A program made the position numbers and the translations under genes. From Methanomassiliicoccales archaeon PtaU1.Bin124 (GTDB lineage Archaea; Thermoplasmatota; Thermoplasmata; Methanomassiliicoccales; UBA472): a stretch of 53,540 bases of DNA. Position 1 is the first letter of the stretch. Every line of letters begins with the position of its first letter. The stretch spans positions 1 to 53,540 of the forward strand of contig MVRC01000018.1 in the NCBI GenBank assembly GCA_002067865.1, given 5' to 3'. Below are positions 8,903 through 17,490 of the stretch, piece after piece. Under the pieces are notes generated by a model. That model had not been told where the DNA came from. It did not search any database and saw only the letters and a program-made list of their open reading frames with translations.

Positions 8903-10456
8903 CTAGATATAATATTTAAATAATGGGCTCGGGTCCCTTACCAAAGGATTCGATACCAGTATCTCGCCTACGGCGTCGGAGAAGCCGATTGTAACCGGTT
9001 CTGAAGAACCAAGCTTACAGGCGTTATAGTTAAGTTTCGTCAGTGATAGAATATCACTTGCCACTTGGTCGATGGATGCATCTCCGTGCATGATGTCGAT
9101 TTTTACGGGTCTTGGTACTTGCCATCCGTCATATGTTTCCAATCGCCACTTGAAACCATTCGCCCATAGATAACCTTCAAACTCGCTCTTTTTCATAAAC
9201 GTACCTCGGGGGATGGGCCATTTCCCTTTCCGGTATATTTTTACCTCATTATCCAAACGAACCCGGATACCGACCAGTTTTACTCCTTTGGGGCAGGCTT
9301 CCCCGAACCCTCCAAACTCATCCCCATTAATCTCTGAGCGGCAATGCAGAAATATTTCCTTGAGAGGTTTTCCTTCAAGCATAGAATACTTAGAAAGTAC
9401 GCCATCCAATAGTTTTCTTGCGGCCTCTCGACTTAAATGATATTCATCGTTCTCAGGAGAATACCAGGGTCCCGTGTCTCCCAGGAAAACAACACCATCC
9501 CCCGAGTTAAGGAACATCTGCGCTGCACAACAAGCAGTTCTCGACTTCTTCTCAGGTTCTGTCTTCTTGTACGTGATTCCAATGTAGCAGACCCCATCAC
9601 GGGCTGAAGCTAGCCGCCAAGGTTTGCCTCCAGCCTTATAGTATAAGGTCGTGGATAGGTTCCAGGCCCTATCGCTTACTGGGGTCAACCCGCGTCTGTG
9701 GTTTAAGTCCTCTTCGACGATTGCTAGGGTTGATTCTCTAATTATCTGGATGGGTACACTTTGATTATTCTGGAACGAGGCTTTTTGATGCATACATTTA
9801 GCCTTTATCTGCCGTCGAAAATCAACGGAGTATCGATATGTGTCCGGGTCCCATTCTCCATCGATGCTTCTTTGCCCCTTGAGGGCTCCAGTTCGGAATC
9901 TTTTCGATGGCTTATCTCCCCAACCATCTACTATGACCGATTCGGACCGACAGTTCTTCCATACCTCATCGGGTACGATGCACAGCAGTACGTCGATAGA
10001 TTCGTCCTGCAATTGGAATTTTGCGATTCCATCGGTGTATTTCTCCACGATGGATGATGTTCGTTCGTATGGATTTCTATTTCTAGAAAGATATATTAAA
10101 TCCTCGGAATTTAAAATATGAGTTTTAGTCGGTCCATTTGCCCATCTAGAATGGAACGCGGCCTCGAAACCTGGAAAGGGCGGCCATAGGTTGTCTTTAG
10201 ACTCGACTTCACGGCATGGTCCAATCATGACGTCCTTAGTCCATCCCGATAGTAGTTCAATTCCATTCTGCGTGCCAATGACACCATAGGATATATTCTG
10301 AGGATGACTTGACAAATCGGTATCGTAAGGACCGAATATTGACAAACCGTCGTGGGGGTCCACCATTGCTTGTCCATACCTGAACTCTAGCAGAGGCTCC
10401 TTAAGTACAACTATCGGACTAGCCACTGGAATCCTCTCCCTCCATGCTATCATCAT
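8903..10456 (-). CDS. Short prokaryotic Argonaute (MID-PIWI, likely catalytically inactive), SPARTA-type effector partner
   Basis: Contains the hallmark Argonaute motif LYYKAGGKPWRL plus GDTGPWYS- and LLCIVPDE-type PIWI segments. It lies immediately downstream of, and co-oriented with, the TIR-APAZ gene. The listed ORF (start 10615) would overlap TIR-APAZ by ~200 nt. In-frame ATGs at 10456/10453 (38-nt overlap, ~517 aa) or 10366 are more plausible; start uncertain. Confidence 0.75.
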   Translation of the reverse strand: MMIAWRERIPVASPIVVLKEPLLEFRYGQAMVDPHDGLSIFGPYDTDLSSHPQNISYGVIGTQNGIELLSGWTKDVMIGPCREVESKDNLWPPFPGFEAAFHSRWANGPTKTHILNSEDLIYLSRNRNPYERTSSIVEKYTDGIAKFQLQDESIDVLLCIVPDEVWKNCRSESVIVDGWGDKPSKRFRTGALKGQRSIDGEWDPDTYRYSVDFRRQIKAKCMHQKASFQNNQSVPIQIIRESTLAIVEEDLNHRRGLTPVSDRAWNLSTTLYYKAGGKPWRLASARDGVCYIGITYKKTEPEKKSRTACCAAQMFLNSGDGVVFLGDTGPWYSPENDEYHLSREAARKLLDGVLSKYSMLEGKPLKEIFLHCRSEINGDEFGGFGEACPKGVKLVGIRVRLDNEVKIYRKGKWPIPRGTFMKKSEFEGYLWANGFKWRLETYDGWQVPRPVKIDIMHGDASIDQVASDILSLTKLNYNACKLGSSEPVTIGFSDAVGEILVSNPLVRDPSPLFKYYI

Positions 10457-11807
10457 CGGTCTCCTCATCGATTTGCTTGCCGTCGGTCTCTTCATCACCT
10501 TGAGGAGCTGCTTTCTCTTCGATGATGTGAACAGGCATGGTGTATTGCTCCAGCCGAGGAGAGATTTGTATTTGTTCCTCGGGTAGGTTACCGATAATAA
10601 TCCGGTCGTCGTCACCGGTCAGTAGTTGGACGATGGCCAGTTGATAGTTCAATAAGTTTGGATTCCACCAATACTTCGTTACTTTCTTGGACCTTGAGTT
10701 CTGACCTCGACCCTGTATTGGCGAACCGTCACCGTTGGTAACGAACGCCGAGAGATTGATGATAACATAATATCCAAGGGTGCGACCCCCTCTGACCCTG
10801 AAAGTCGGACTGAGGCTCCAGAGATAGTTTGTTATTTCTCCAGTCCGCAACCTAATTTTCCTCTGGCCACAAACAGCTCTCCATGTTTTTATTCCGTTGA
10901 AATCGATTAGGTGCACTTTGTTCTCTGCTTTATCGCCAGAGAATGGAAAATAGAACGAGGCTCTCTTTTGCTCGATTCCGACAAGCCCCCTCTCCCAGCA
11001 TTTTAACGATATGCTGTTCTCTAGTAAGTTGGAGATGACGGTGTGTATTGGAATCCCCTTAATGGATGATACATTTACCCATTCAATCTTCTGAGAGCCA
11101 TCCATCGGGCATTCATTCAGAATATCATCTGGAGGAGACATGAATGATAGAACACAATACTTGCTGACCCAGTAGAAGGGCCATTTCTTCAACCAATGTC
11201 TGGTGCCAGAAAAGGTCGTTGGTTGTGAAGTTTCAAACACATTAACATACCGAGGTATTGATTCCACCCTTAGTATGTTCGAGAAAACGGGTTCCATCTC
11301 CTCAACCAAGTAAGTTTTTTCATCTGGCAAATGAGAAAATGAACACATTTCCGTACTTTTTCTTGGAGTTTGGATGGATTCTAACTTCTTTATAAGACCA
11401 CTATATCCCTGAGCCCAACCGTGATTGAATGGAATGAAGGTTATATCACTTGTCATCCAATCGAGCTGAGTGGGTGATAAACCATCAAAATTGATGGGTA
11501 CCAGGAAGTCAGCAACTCGAAGTTCCTCCCCCATTCTCAAAGCTATGGTCCGTTCTTTGCTAGGGAGAGGCTTCACAATTGATTGTTCCGAGAGTATGGC
11601 AATCACACGGAATGCACGTTTGATTGCGACATCAATATCCCGAGGATACGACTCACCACCTAGGAGTTTTATCCTATCGCACCAAACATTAAATCCATCA
11701 GCTATCAGCTTTGAACATAACCAATCGATAAAATAACCCTGTTCCGAAGCATAACTGATGAACAGATGGTCTCTTTGAACCTCGATTCTATGTTCTTCCC
11801 CCGCCAT
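10419..11807 (-). CDS. TIR-APAZ protein: N-terminal TIR domain (putative NADase) fused to an APAZ domain; SPARTA partner of the short pAgo
   Basis: TIR signature DHLFISYASEQGYFIDWLCSKLIADGFNVWCDRIKLLGGESYP..AIKRAFRVIAILSEQS near the N-terminus. The C-terminal ~300 aa is APAZ-like. ATG at 11807 (MAGEEHRIEV...) is preferred over the upstream ATG at 11903, which adds a hydrophobic 32 aa. Confidence 0.75.
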   Translation of the reverse strand: MAGEEHRIEVQRDHLFISYASEQGYFIDWLCSKLIADGFNVWCDRIKLLGGESYPRDIDVAIKRAFRVIAILSEQSIVKPLPSKERTIALRMGEELRVADFLVPINFDGLSPTQLDWMTSDITFIPFNHGWAQGYSGLIKKLESIQTPRKSTEMCSFSHLPDEKTYLVEEMEPVFSNILRVESIPRYVNVFETSQPTTFSGTRHWLKKWPFYWVSKYCVLSFMSPPDDILNECPMDGSQKIEWVNVSSIKGIPIHTVISNLLENSISLKCWERGLVGIEQKRASFYFPFSGDKAENKVHLIDFNGIKTWRAVCGQRKIRLRTGEITNYLWSLSPTFRVRGGRTLGYYVIINLSAFVTNGDGSPIQGRGQNSRSKKVTKYWWNPNLLNYQLAIVQLLTGDDDRIIIGNLPEEQIQISPRLEQYTMPVHIIEEKAAPQGDEETDGKQIDEETDDDSMEGEDSSG

Positions 11808-12129
11808 CGAAGGATGAGGAACCTGCTTACTTATTATGATTGACGCTGTAGAATGCACAATAAGAAGACGAACGTTAAAGATGGTCAGAAATAGGGCCTG
11901 CATCGAATCATTACGTGGTTCGTCTTACCATTCACCCACGTGAGTGAAGAACATCCGCCCGTATGAGTGAAGTGCGACGAAACGATGTCGAACTATGTTC
12001 ATATCATGTTCACAGAAAGGGCCGAAAGCAGCACAGAGGACAGCTCGCATGGAGTATTCACGTAGAACATATACGGACCTTATTGTATCCTGAAAATTGT
12101 ATATATTTCTATAATGAGTATCCAGATAC

Positions 12130-12339
12130 ATGAAGAATAAGTCTCTAGTGATTGATGAAAAATTATATGATAAATTGGTGAAGGAAGTCGGTTATCCCAC
12201 CAAGACCAAGATGAGAATCGATGTTCAGATGGCACTTGCCATGTTCGAGAACGGTTGGTCATATCGACAGATTGGCGAACACTTCGGTGTTTCCGGTATT
12301 ACTGTTAAAAGGCGCATGCGAGGCGCAGGCATCATCTAG
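12130..12339 (+). CDS. Small HTH DNA-binding protein (resolvase/sigma-70 region-4-like HTH)
   Basis: 69 aa. C-terminal GWSYRQIGEHFGVSGITVKRRMRGAG is a classic HTH. Its AT-rich upstream region with TATA-like tracts (12080-12125) is shared divergently with TIR-APAZ. Confidence 0.5.
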   Translation: MKNKSLVIDEKLYDKLVKEVGYPTKTKMRIDVQMALAMFENGWSYRQIGEHFGVSGITVKRRMRGAGII

Positions 12340-13318
12340 TTGCATCTACTTGGTGCAACCTATAGCATGGCAATGCTACCGTCGATATGATTATCGGCTC
12401 ATTCATGCTCATAAGAGGTTTTAGTATCATCGAGACGCGTTCCGATACCATCGAGTCGCTCTCTTGACTGATTTTCTTTATTCCGTTTTTACCTTTGTTG
12501 ACTTTTCTGATTTCTTTGGCTAGCTCCTTATCCTCTATGACCAACCCTAATCCATTGTTATTGTAAAGTTCCTTCATCGGTTTAAGAATGCCCAGTTCAT
12601 CGAGAAAACATTCATTCAATTTATTCGGTCCCAATCGTCGAACCTTGCCCAGGTACGGTCCATCTGATAATCTTACATGGTCTTGGTGCTCTTGGTCAGG
12701 TCCGATAATTTCCTCTTCAATGACCCAGCCCAGTTGTACCAGTTCCTCATCCAATCGTTCATGGAGCTTCATCATGTTGTATACCTTTTCCTGGACCGGC
12801 ATCTTTGAAACCTTGACGTTAATGATGTCTTCCCTTGCTCTCCTCTGGATTTCATTGATGGCAGCAATAGCCCATTTTCCGCTGAGTTCCCTTGTGCACT
12901 TCACTACATCGGCCCTGAACGTATCCGTATAGGATATGCCCCAGGAGACTGGGTAGATAATTTTGACGTTCTCATCGTCATCGGCTTTTCCGTTATCTAC
13001 CTCATTGGCCGTTAATATCGCCCTGCTTAAGTCAGTGGATAAGGGGAGCCGTTCGATTTTATCGAGGTAAAAATTCTTTCCTCGCTTCTTGACGAGCTTC
13101 CTTTCGACCAATACATTCATGATTCGGTGAAGACGCGCTTTATCGACAGTTCTGTTCTTGCCAGTACGCATTTCTCCTTGGAGTGGTATCCCAATTAATA
13201 ACAACTCACTTTCAGTAATACCTTCTCCAAAGATATTTTTTGAAGAGATAATAGCCAGTACTTTAGAGTATGGCTTCCTCAACATTAATTCCTTACGGGT
13301 CAACTTATGCCTGGACAT
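12332..13318 (-). CDS. Hypothetical protein with an N-terminal winged-helix domain (island cargo; possible regulator or replication/partition factor)
   Basis: 328 aa clean ORF. The wHTH-like segment is TGKNRTVDKARLHRIMNVLVERKLVKKRGKNFYL. No other motif recognised. Confidence 0.45.
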   Translation of the reverse strand: MSRHKLTRKELMLRKPYSKVLAIISSKNIFGEGITESELLLIGIPLQGEMRTGKNRTVDKARLHRIMNVLVERKLVKKRGKNFYLDKIERLPLSTDLSRAILTANEVDNGKADDDENVKIIYPVSWGISYTDTFRADVVKCTRELSGKWAIAAINEIQRRAREDIINVKVSKMPVQEKVYNMMKLHERLDEELVQLGWVIEEEIIGPDQEHQDHVRLSDGPYLGKVRRLGPNKLNECFLDELGILKPMKELYNNNGLGLVIEDKELAKEIRKVNKGKNGIKKISQESDSMVSERVSMILKPLMSMNEPIIISTVALPCYRLHQVDATR

Positions 13319-13386
13319 ACAATTTGTATATGGTTGTCAATAATAATAAATTTCACTATCTAGTCGAAATCGACAATCTCCAATCC

Positions 13387-13620
13387 ATGAGATTGTTGGT
13401 GAATGTTCGAGTGAGTGCTCAGCTGATGGAACGTGCGAACACCGTGGCCGAGGCCGAGGATATGACCCCGGAACAGTTGGTCGACCACGCTATACGAAGC
13501 TATGTGGAGAGATGGGAGGACACCTTGGAGTCCGACGACGAGGCGTCCGAGGAGGACTCGGAGAATGATTCTGAGGACGACCTGGCCGATGAGGACCAGG
13601 ACCAAGAAACTGAAGACTGA
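13387..13620 (+). CDS. Ribbon-helix-helix (CopG/Arc-like) protein with an acidic C-terminal tail
   Basis: MRLLVNVRVSAQLMERANTVAEAEDMTPEQLVDHAIRSYVERW has an RHH beta-alpha-alpha pattern. It is followed by a D/E-rich tail. ATG at 13387 is preferred over the upstream start at 13270. Confidence 0.5.
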   Translation: MRLLVNVRVSAQLMERANTVAEAEDMTPEQLVDHAIRSYVERWEDTLESDDEASEEDSENDSEDDLADEDQDQETED

Positions 13621-13967
13621 CCAGGGGTGATTTCAATGGAAACGAATAATGTAAGCAACGACAAGGGCTTGTCCCGAGCCATCATCCTGAGGTGCTCGGA
13701 CCTTGCCTTTATTAATTTATTAGAGTTAATAAAAGGCTACCCGCAATGCTACCTGGTGTTCACCAAGTCCAGCCCTTTGAAGCTTGTTGTCAAGGAAGAA
13801 GGCTGGTAACGTGGATTCCAGACCGTACGGTCTGCATCACATACTTCGCGAGTACGAATATGTGGCTCAGGCCGAATTAGGGTTGATACTCAACAGTGGT
13901 TCCGTGGATACCAACTTCCAGAGGATTCAATCTGGCCCAGGTGTAATCCCGGTCCAATACCAAAAAT

Positions 13968-15128
13968 TTGGATTTGACTTGGTTTTTAGGGGTGCCCTCC
14001 GTGCGTAAGGAGGTCAAGCACACCGCCCATAGCATCGAGGTCTACCATCTAGCGATAGACGGCCGGGCACATGATGCAGGTTATACAATTCCTGAGATAG
14101 CCAAGTTAACTGGTTTGAATAAAGAAACGGTAAGGCTCATACTTAAGCAGCATGAGATGGACGGTTATGTTATTAGGAATCCTAGAACTAAAAGTCCGAT
14201 ATTCTTCAAAAGGGGTCCTTCGGCAAACGTTATTGACGAGGTTGTTACCGATTCCAAGACCAAATGTGATGACGATGAGACCGTCGATTCCAATGCAAGC
14301 GAGCGGTGTCAAAACCAAAAAAGGTCAACCCGTGTTAAGCCGGTCATAACCGAGGTGCATACTCTACGGACCCATCTGAACGGTCGGGTGCATTTCGAGG
14401 TCTATAAGATTGGAGACATGCAAACGATAAGGGAGCCGGACGGGAAGGGTGGTTACATCAACATTGCCCTGTTCCCCAAGTCACCCTATCGGACTCACCA
14501 CAACACTCAGTCCTGGAAGGCAACGATACTCACTGATGGTGTGCCGGTTAAAATCGATTTATTCGAGTCTAAAAGCCGTACATTATTAATTGTCTTCCCC
14601 CCGGAACAGGAATTGACGCAGGACCAACTGGCCGCCGCTAAGGACCTCTTGAAGAATAGAGCAGAGCAGGCGGTCGCCATCCTCTCGAAGTACGGTGGTT
14701 GGCTCCTTGGAGAGCCAGTTCTAGTCGGTACGGTAGAGTATGCCGACCAGGACTGCCTGTTGGCGAAGTATCTGCCAGATATGCCGAAGACACAAGGTTC
14801 ACACCTATGGAGGGACAATTCACACGGCTGCTCCGAGGATGAAACAAACAAACCTGCAATCGGAGAATGGCTTGCCAACTTCCTGAGAAAGGCCGACAAG
14901 GTAGAGTCTAAGCTGGACGAGCACGACAACAGACTATCATCAGCTGAAGAATCTCTGATACTTGTAGCCATAATTCTTGACAAACAAATTCAACTTAAGC
15001 AACTGGAGATAGAAGCTGCTAAAGCAGCGTCTGGTTGCGGCCAAACCAAGACACAAAACGAAGAATCATACACCTCCGGGATGGCAAAGAAGGACATCAA
15101 GGAGAAGCACGAGGTGATGTATCGATGA
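13968..15128 (+). CDS. Hypothetical protein with an N-terminal HTH (island cargo)
   Basis: 386 aa ORF. Its N-terminal segment YTIPEIAKLTGLNKETVRLILKQHEMDGYVIRNP is HTH-like and the rest is unrecognised. Start uncertain. Confidence 0.4.
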   Translation: MDLTWFLGVPSVRKEVKHTAHSIEVYHLAIDGRAHDAGYTIPEIAKLTGLNKETVRLILKQHEMDGYVIRNPRTKSPIFFKRGPSANVIDEVVTDSKTKCDDDETVDSNASERCQNQKRSTRVKPVITEVHTLRTHLNGRVHFEVYKIGDMQTIREPDGKGGYINIALFPKSPYRTHHNTQSWKATILTDGVPVKIDLFESKSRTLLIVFPPEQELTQDQLAAAKDLLKNRAEQAVAILSKYGGWLLGEPVLVGTVEYADQDCLLAKYLPDMPKTQGSHLWRDNSHGCSEDETNKPAIGEWLANFLRKADKVESKLDEHDNRLSSAEESLILVAIILDKQIQLKQLEIEAAKAASGCGQTKTQNEESYTSGMAKKDIKEKHEVMYR

Positions 15129-15294
15129 GTCTCCAGCAAACGGATGCCAAGATGCCTTTGCATGTCGAGATGTCACCTATGTCTCAGATGCTGTGCCCTC
15201 TAGCCAGTTTCATTTCCTGCTCATTATGCCCCTTCGTCCACCTTTGCCATGGCCGAGGTGGATGTCCGACAAACGGAAGAAATGGGGTGTGCCC

Positions 15295-15891
15295 ATGCGG
15301 GTAGCGCTTTACCCCCGAGTATCTAGGTCTGACAAGGACCAGAATCCCGAGAATCAATTGATTAAGCTCAGGGAATTTGTCATCAGGAAGGGATGGACCA
15401 TCTACGGCGAATATGTCGATTTCGCCAGCGGGGCAGCTCCCTCCCGACCTGCCTTCGACAGGATGATGGCCGAGGCGAGAGGACGGCATTTCGACATAAT
15501 CCTTGTCGTCAGGATAGATAGGATGGCCCGTTCGGTCAATCAATTGCTGAATATATTGGAGAAATTGAATAATTACGGGGTCAGCCTGATATGCACTGAC
15601 CAGGACATCGACACCAACAGCCCGACCGGCAAGTTACTTTTCACCATCCTTGGCGCAGTTGCCGAGCTAGAATTGGAATTAATCCGGGAGAGAACGAAGG
15701 ATGGATTGGCCAGGGCGAAAGCCCAGGGAAAGCGCTTGGGAAGGCCGCCGAACCCGGCCTTGACCGAGCAAATCACTCGTATGAGAGAAGAAGGGCTGAG
15801 CTACAGAGAAATCGGCTTACAGGTCGGATTAAGCCATCAAGCGGTCAAGAAGCGCCTCGTACGGGCGGGGTACAAAAAGGGGTCGAGTTAG
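15295..15891 (+). CDS. Small serine recombinase (resolvase/invertase family)
   Basis: Catalytic motif MRVALYPRVSRSDKDQNPENQ (YxRVS..Q). C-terminal HTH LSYREIGLQVGLSHQAVKKRL. ATG at 15295 is preferred over the upstream start at 15193. Confidence 0.8.
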   Translation: MRVALYPRVSRSDKDQNPENQLIKLREFVIRKGWTIYGEYVDFASGAAPSRPAFDRMMAEARGRHFDIILVVRIDRMARSVNQLLNILEKLNNYGVSLICTDQDIDTNSPTGKLLFTILGAVAELELELIRERTKDGLARAKAQGKRLGRPPNPALTEQITRMREEGLSYREIGLQVGLSHQAVKKRLVRAGYKKGSS

Positions 15892-16060
15892 GGAGATGAG
15901 GCCAGCACGAAGGGGGGCAACATCCCAAGGCGGGGCTACAATAACGGTCGATAAGTTTACATCCCCTTTCGATGATTCTTCGGCCGAGGGCGCCGACAAT
16001 GTATCGAAAAGAAGGCGTCCTAGTGCGCACGGTGTCGGGCGTAAGAGGGGGAGGCGTTCA

Positions 16061-17098
16061 ATGGGGCGCTATCCTTTCCTGACCTATGCGATGAAGTATC
16101 TGGAGAAGAGGAAGTCATTGGCGCCATCAAGCAAAGAGGACTACGAACGTAAGGCCCGGTTCCTTAATCGGACATTCGTAGACCTCCAAAGGGTCGGCAC
16201 GGTCAGCACATCAAATCCCAAGGGTATGACCAAGGCCGACATCTTCGCCTACATCCAGTGGATGAGGGCAGAGGAGCTTGAGGGGTCATATATGGCGAAG
16301 AATCTGGGATTCCTTAAGCAGATATGCGCCTACGCTGGAAACAATGTATTTGCACAGATAGCGGCCGATGGCGAGGAATTGCCTAAGAGGACTCCAAAGG
16401 ACCTAAACTCGTTGAGCGAGGATGACCTCAAGCTCATCTTTGAGAAGGTTGAGGAGCTTAAGGGCTGGGAAGGGGAAGTAATCAGATTCCTGATGTGGAT
16501 GTACCCCTTTACTGGTCTAAGGGCTTCAGAGCTAAGACTGGCTCAAGTGGAAGACATCAACCTCCAAGAATGGTCTATCTTCGTCAGGCATCCCAAGGGT
16601 GAGATAAGGTACGGGAAGAAGAGAAAGGCCCCCATACTGCCTCCGGCGAGGAAAGCGGTCATACGCTTCCTCAAAGCGAGGGAGCAACGGCTCAAGTCTC
16701 TAGGTATCAGTAAGTGCGTGGCACTGATACCGGCGAGGCATAGAGACGGAACGGCGGGCTTCTACTGCTCGAACGCCTTTAGGAACATGAAGAAGGAAAT
16801 AATGGAAAAAGTGAACATGGACCTTGAGGACAGAAGATTGGACTTCCACATCAAGACCATGAGAGACACCTTCATCCAGATGTGCATCGATAAGAACCCG
16901 GATAAGACCCCGGCAGTTTCGATGGTATCGGGTCACTCAACGACCAAGACCACCGAGACCACATACGGGCGCATTAGGAACAATCGGGCGCTGTCGGACG
17001 TGCAAAAACTATGGGGTGACGATATATCGGGGCCAGCACCCGAAAATGTCAAAAACCCCTTGATTGAAAAGAAGTTTGACATATCTGGATACGCGTAG
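16061..17098 (+). CDS. int: Tyrosine recombinase / phage-type integrase
   Basis: C-terminal catalytic region has R (MRDTFIQMC), H-x-x (SGHSTTKTTETTYGRIR) and a Tyr nucleophile. The N-terminal SAM-like core-binding domain is present. The gene ends 8 nt before attR. An alternative upstream start is at 15896. Confidence 0.8.
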   Translation: MGRYPFLTYAMKYLEKRKSLAPSSKEDYERKARFLNRTFVDLQRVGTVSTSNPKGMTKADIFAYIQWMRAEELEGSYMAKNLGFLKQICAYAGNNVFAQIAADGEELPKRTPKDLNSLSEDDLKLIFEKVEELKGWEGEVIRFLMWMYPFTGLRASELRLAQVEDINLQEWSIFVRHPKGEIRYGKKRKAPILPPARKAVIRFLKAREQRLKSLGISKCVALIPARHRDGTAGFYCSNAFRNMKKEIMEKVNMDLEDRRLDFHIKTMRDTFIQMCIDKNPDKTPAVSMVSGHSTTKTTETTYGRIRNNRALSDVQKLWGDDISGPAPENVKNPLIEKKFDISGYA

Positions 17099-17105
17099 GG
17101 GCATG

Positions 17106-17128
17106 TCCCCCTCTTCGCGCCACTTTTC
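17106..17128 (+). repeat. attR: second copy of the 23-bp tRNA-Ser 3'-end repeat
   Basis: tccccctcttcgcgccacttttc is identical to 1442-1464. No complete tRNA structure lies upstream of it. Confidence 0.8.
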
Positions 17129-17176
17129 CCATATTTCTCTGATAATTTCTCATCGAGCTGAAGACTTATAGGTCAT

Positions 17177-17443
17177 ATGGTTCATGGTAGGTTTATGAAT
17201 CTGACCAATGAAAGTTACCTGGTCAAGATCAGCGGTAAGAACGCCACTGAATATTATTACAAAGAAAAAGGCGTCTGGTACAAGGTCAGCTACCGTGGTC
17301 GGAGGTACAGGGCGACCGCTGAACAGATCCTGAACCATGTTCTCCCATCTGTGGCTGGCATCAAAGAGAACATTTCGATCGTGGTGGAGCACTACGAGGA
17401 CCCAGAGATGAGGCCTCTGCCCCCGAGCGTCGAAGAAAAATAA
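17177..17443 (+). CDS. Small hypothetical protein (88 aa) just outside attR
   Basis: ORF with a reasonable composition. No recognisable motifs. Confidence 0.3.
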   Translation: MVHGRFMNLTNESYLVKISGKNATEYYYKEKGVWYKVSYRGRRYRATAEQILNHVLPSVAGIKENISIVVEHYEDPEMRPLPPSVEEK

Positions 17444-17490
17444 AATATAAATAAATATATAAAATAATGGAAATGGTTTAAGAACAAAGC

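Larger units (their letters stand above)
1442..17128. mobile_element. Integrated element (~15.7 kb) at tRNA-Ser. Carries Type I R-M, a SPARTA-like TIR-APAZ/short-pAgo pair, regulators, a serine resolvase and a tyrosine integrase.
   Basis: Bounded by a 23-bp direct repeat of the tRNA 3' end (attL 1442-1464, attR 17106-17128). The tyrosine integrase gene ends 8 nt before attR. The cargo from hsdM to the HTH genes is markedly more AT-rich than the flanking core genes. Confidence 0.75.

Noticed and set aside
10457-10615. Full 570-aa extent of the Argonaute ORF (start 10615)
   Set aside because: It would overlap the TIR-APAZ coding region by ~200 nt in another frame. Internal ATGs give a protein of typical short-pAgo length. 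The exact start remains uncertain, so the upstream 53 codons were not called.
13627-14008. Small ORFs 13627..13809 (+, 60 aa) and 13784..14008 (+, 74 aa) in the long non-coding gap of the element
   Set aside because: No RBS or motif support. One overlaps the start of the 386-aa gene. The region is more likely regulatory or an origin. Flagged in findings rather than annotated.
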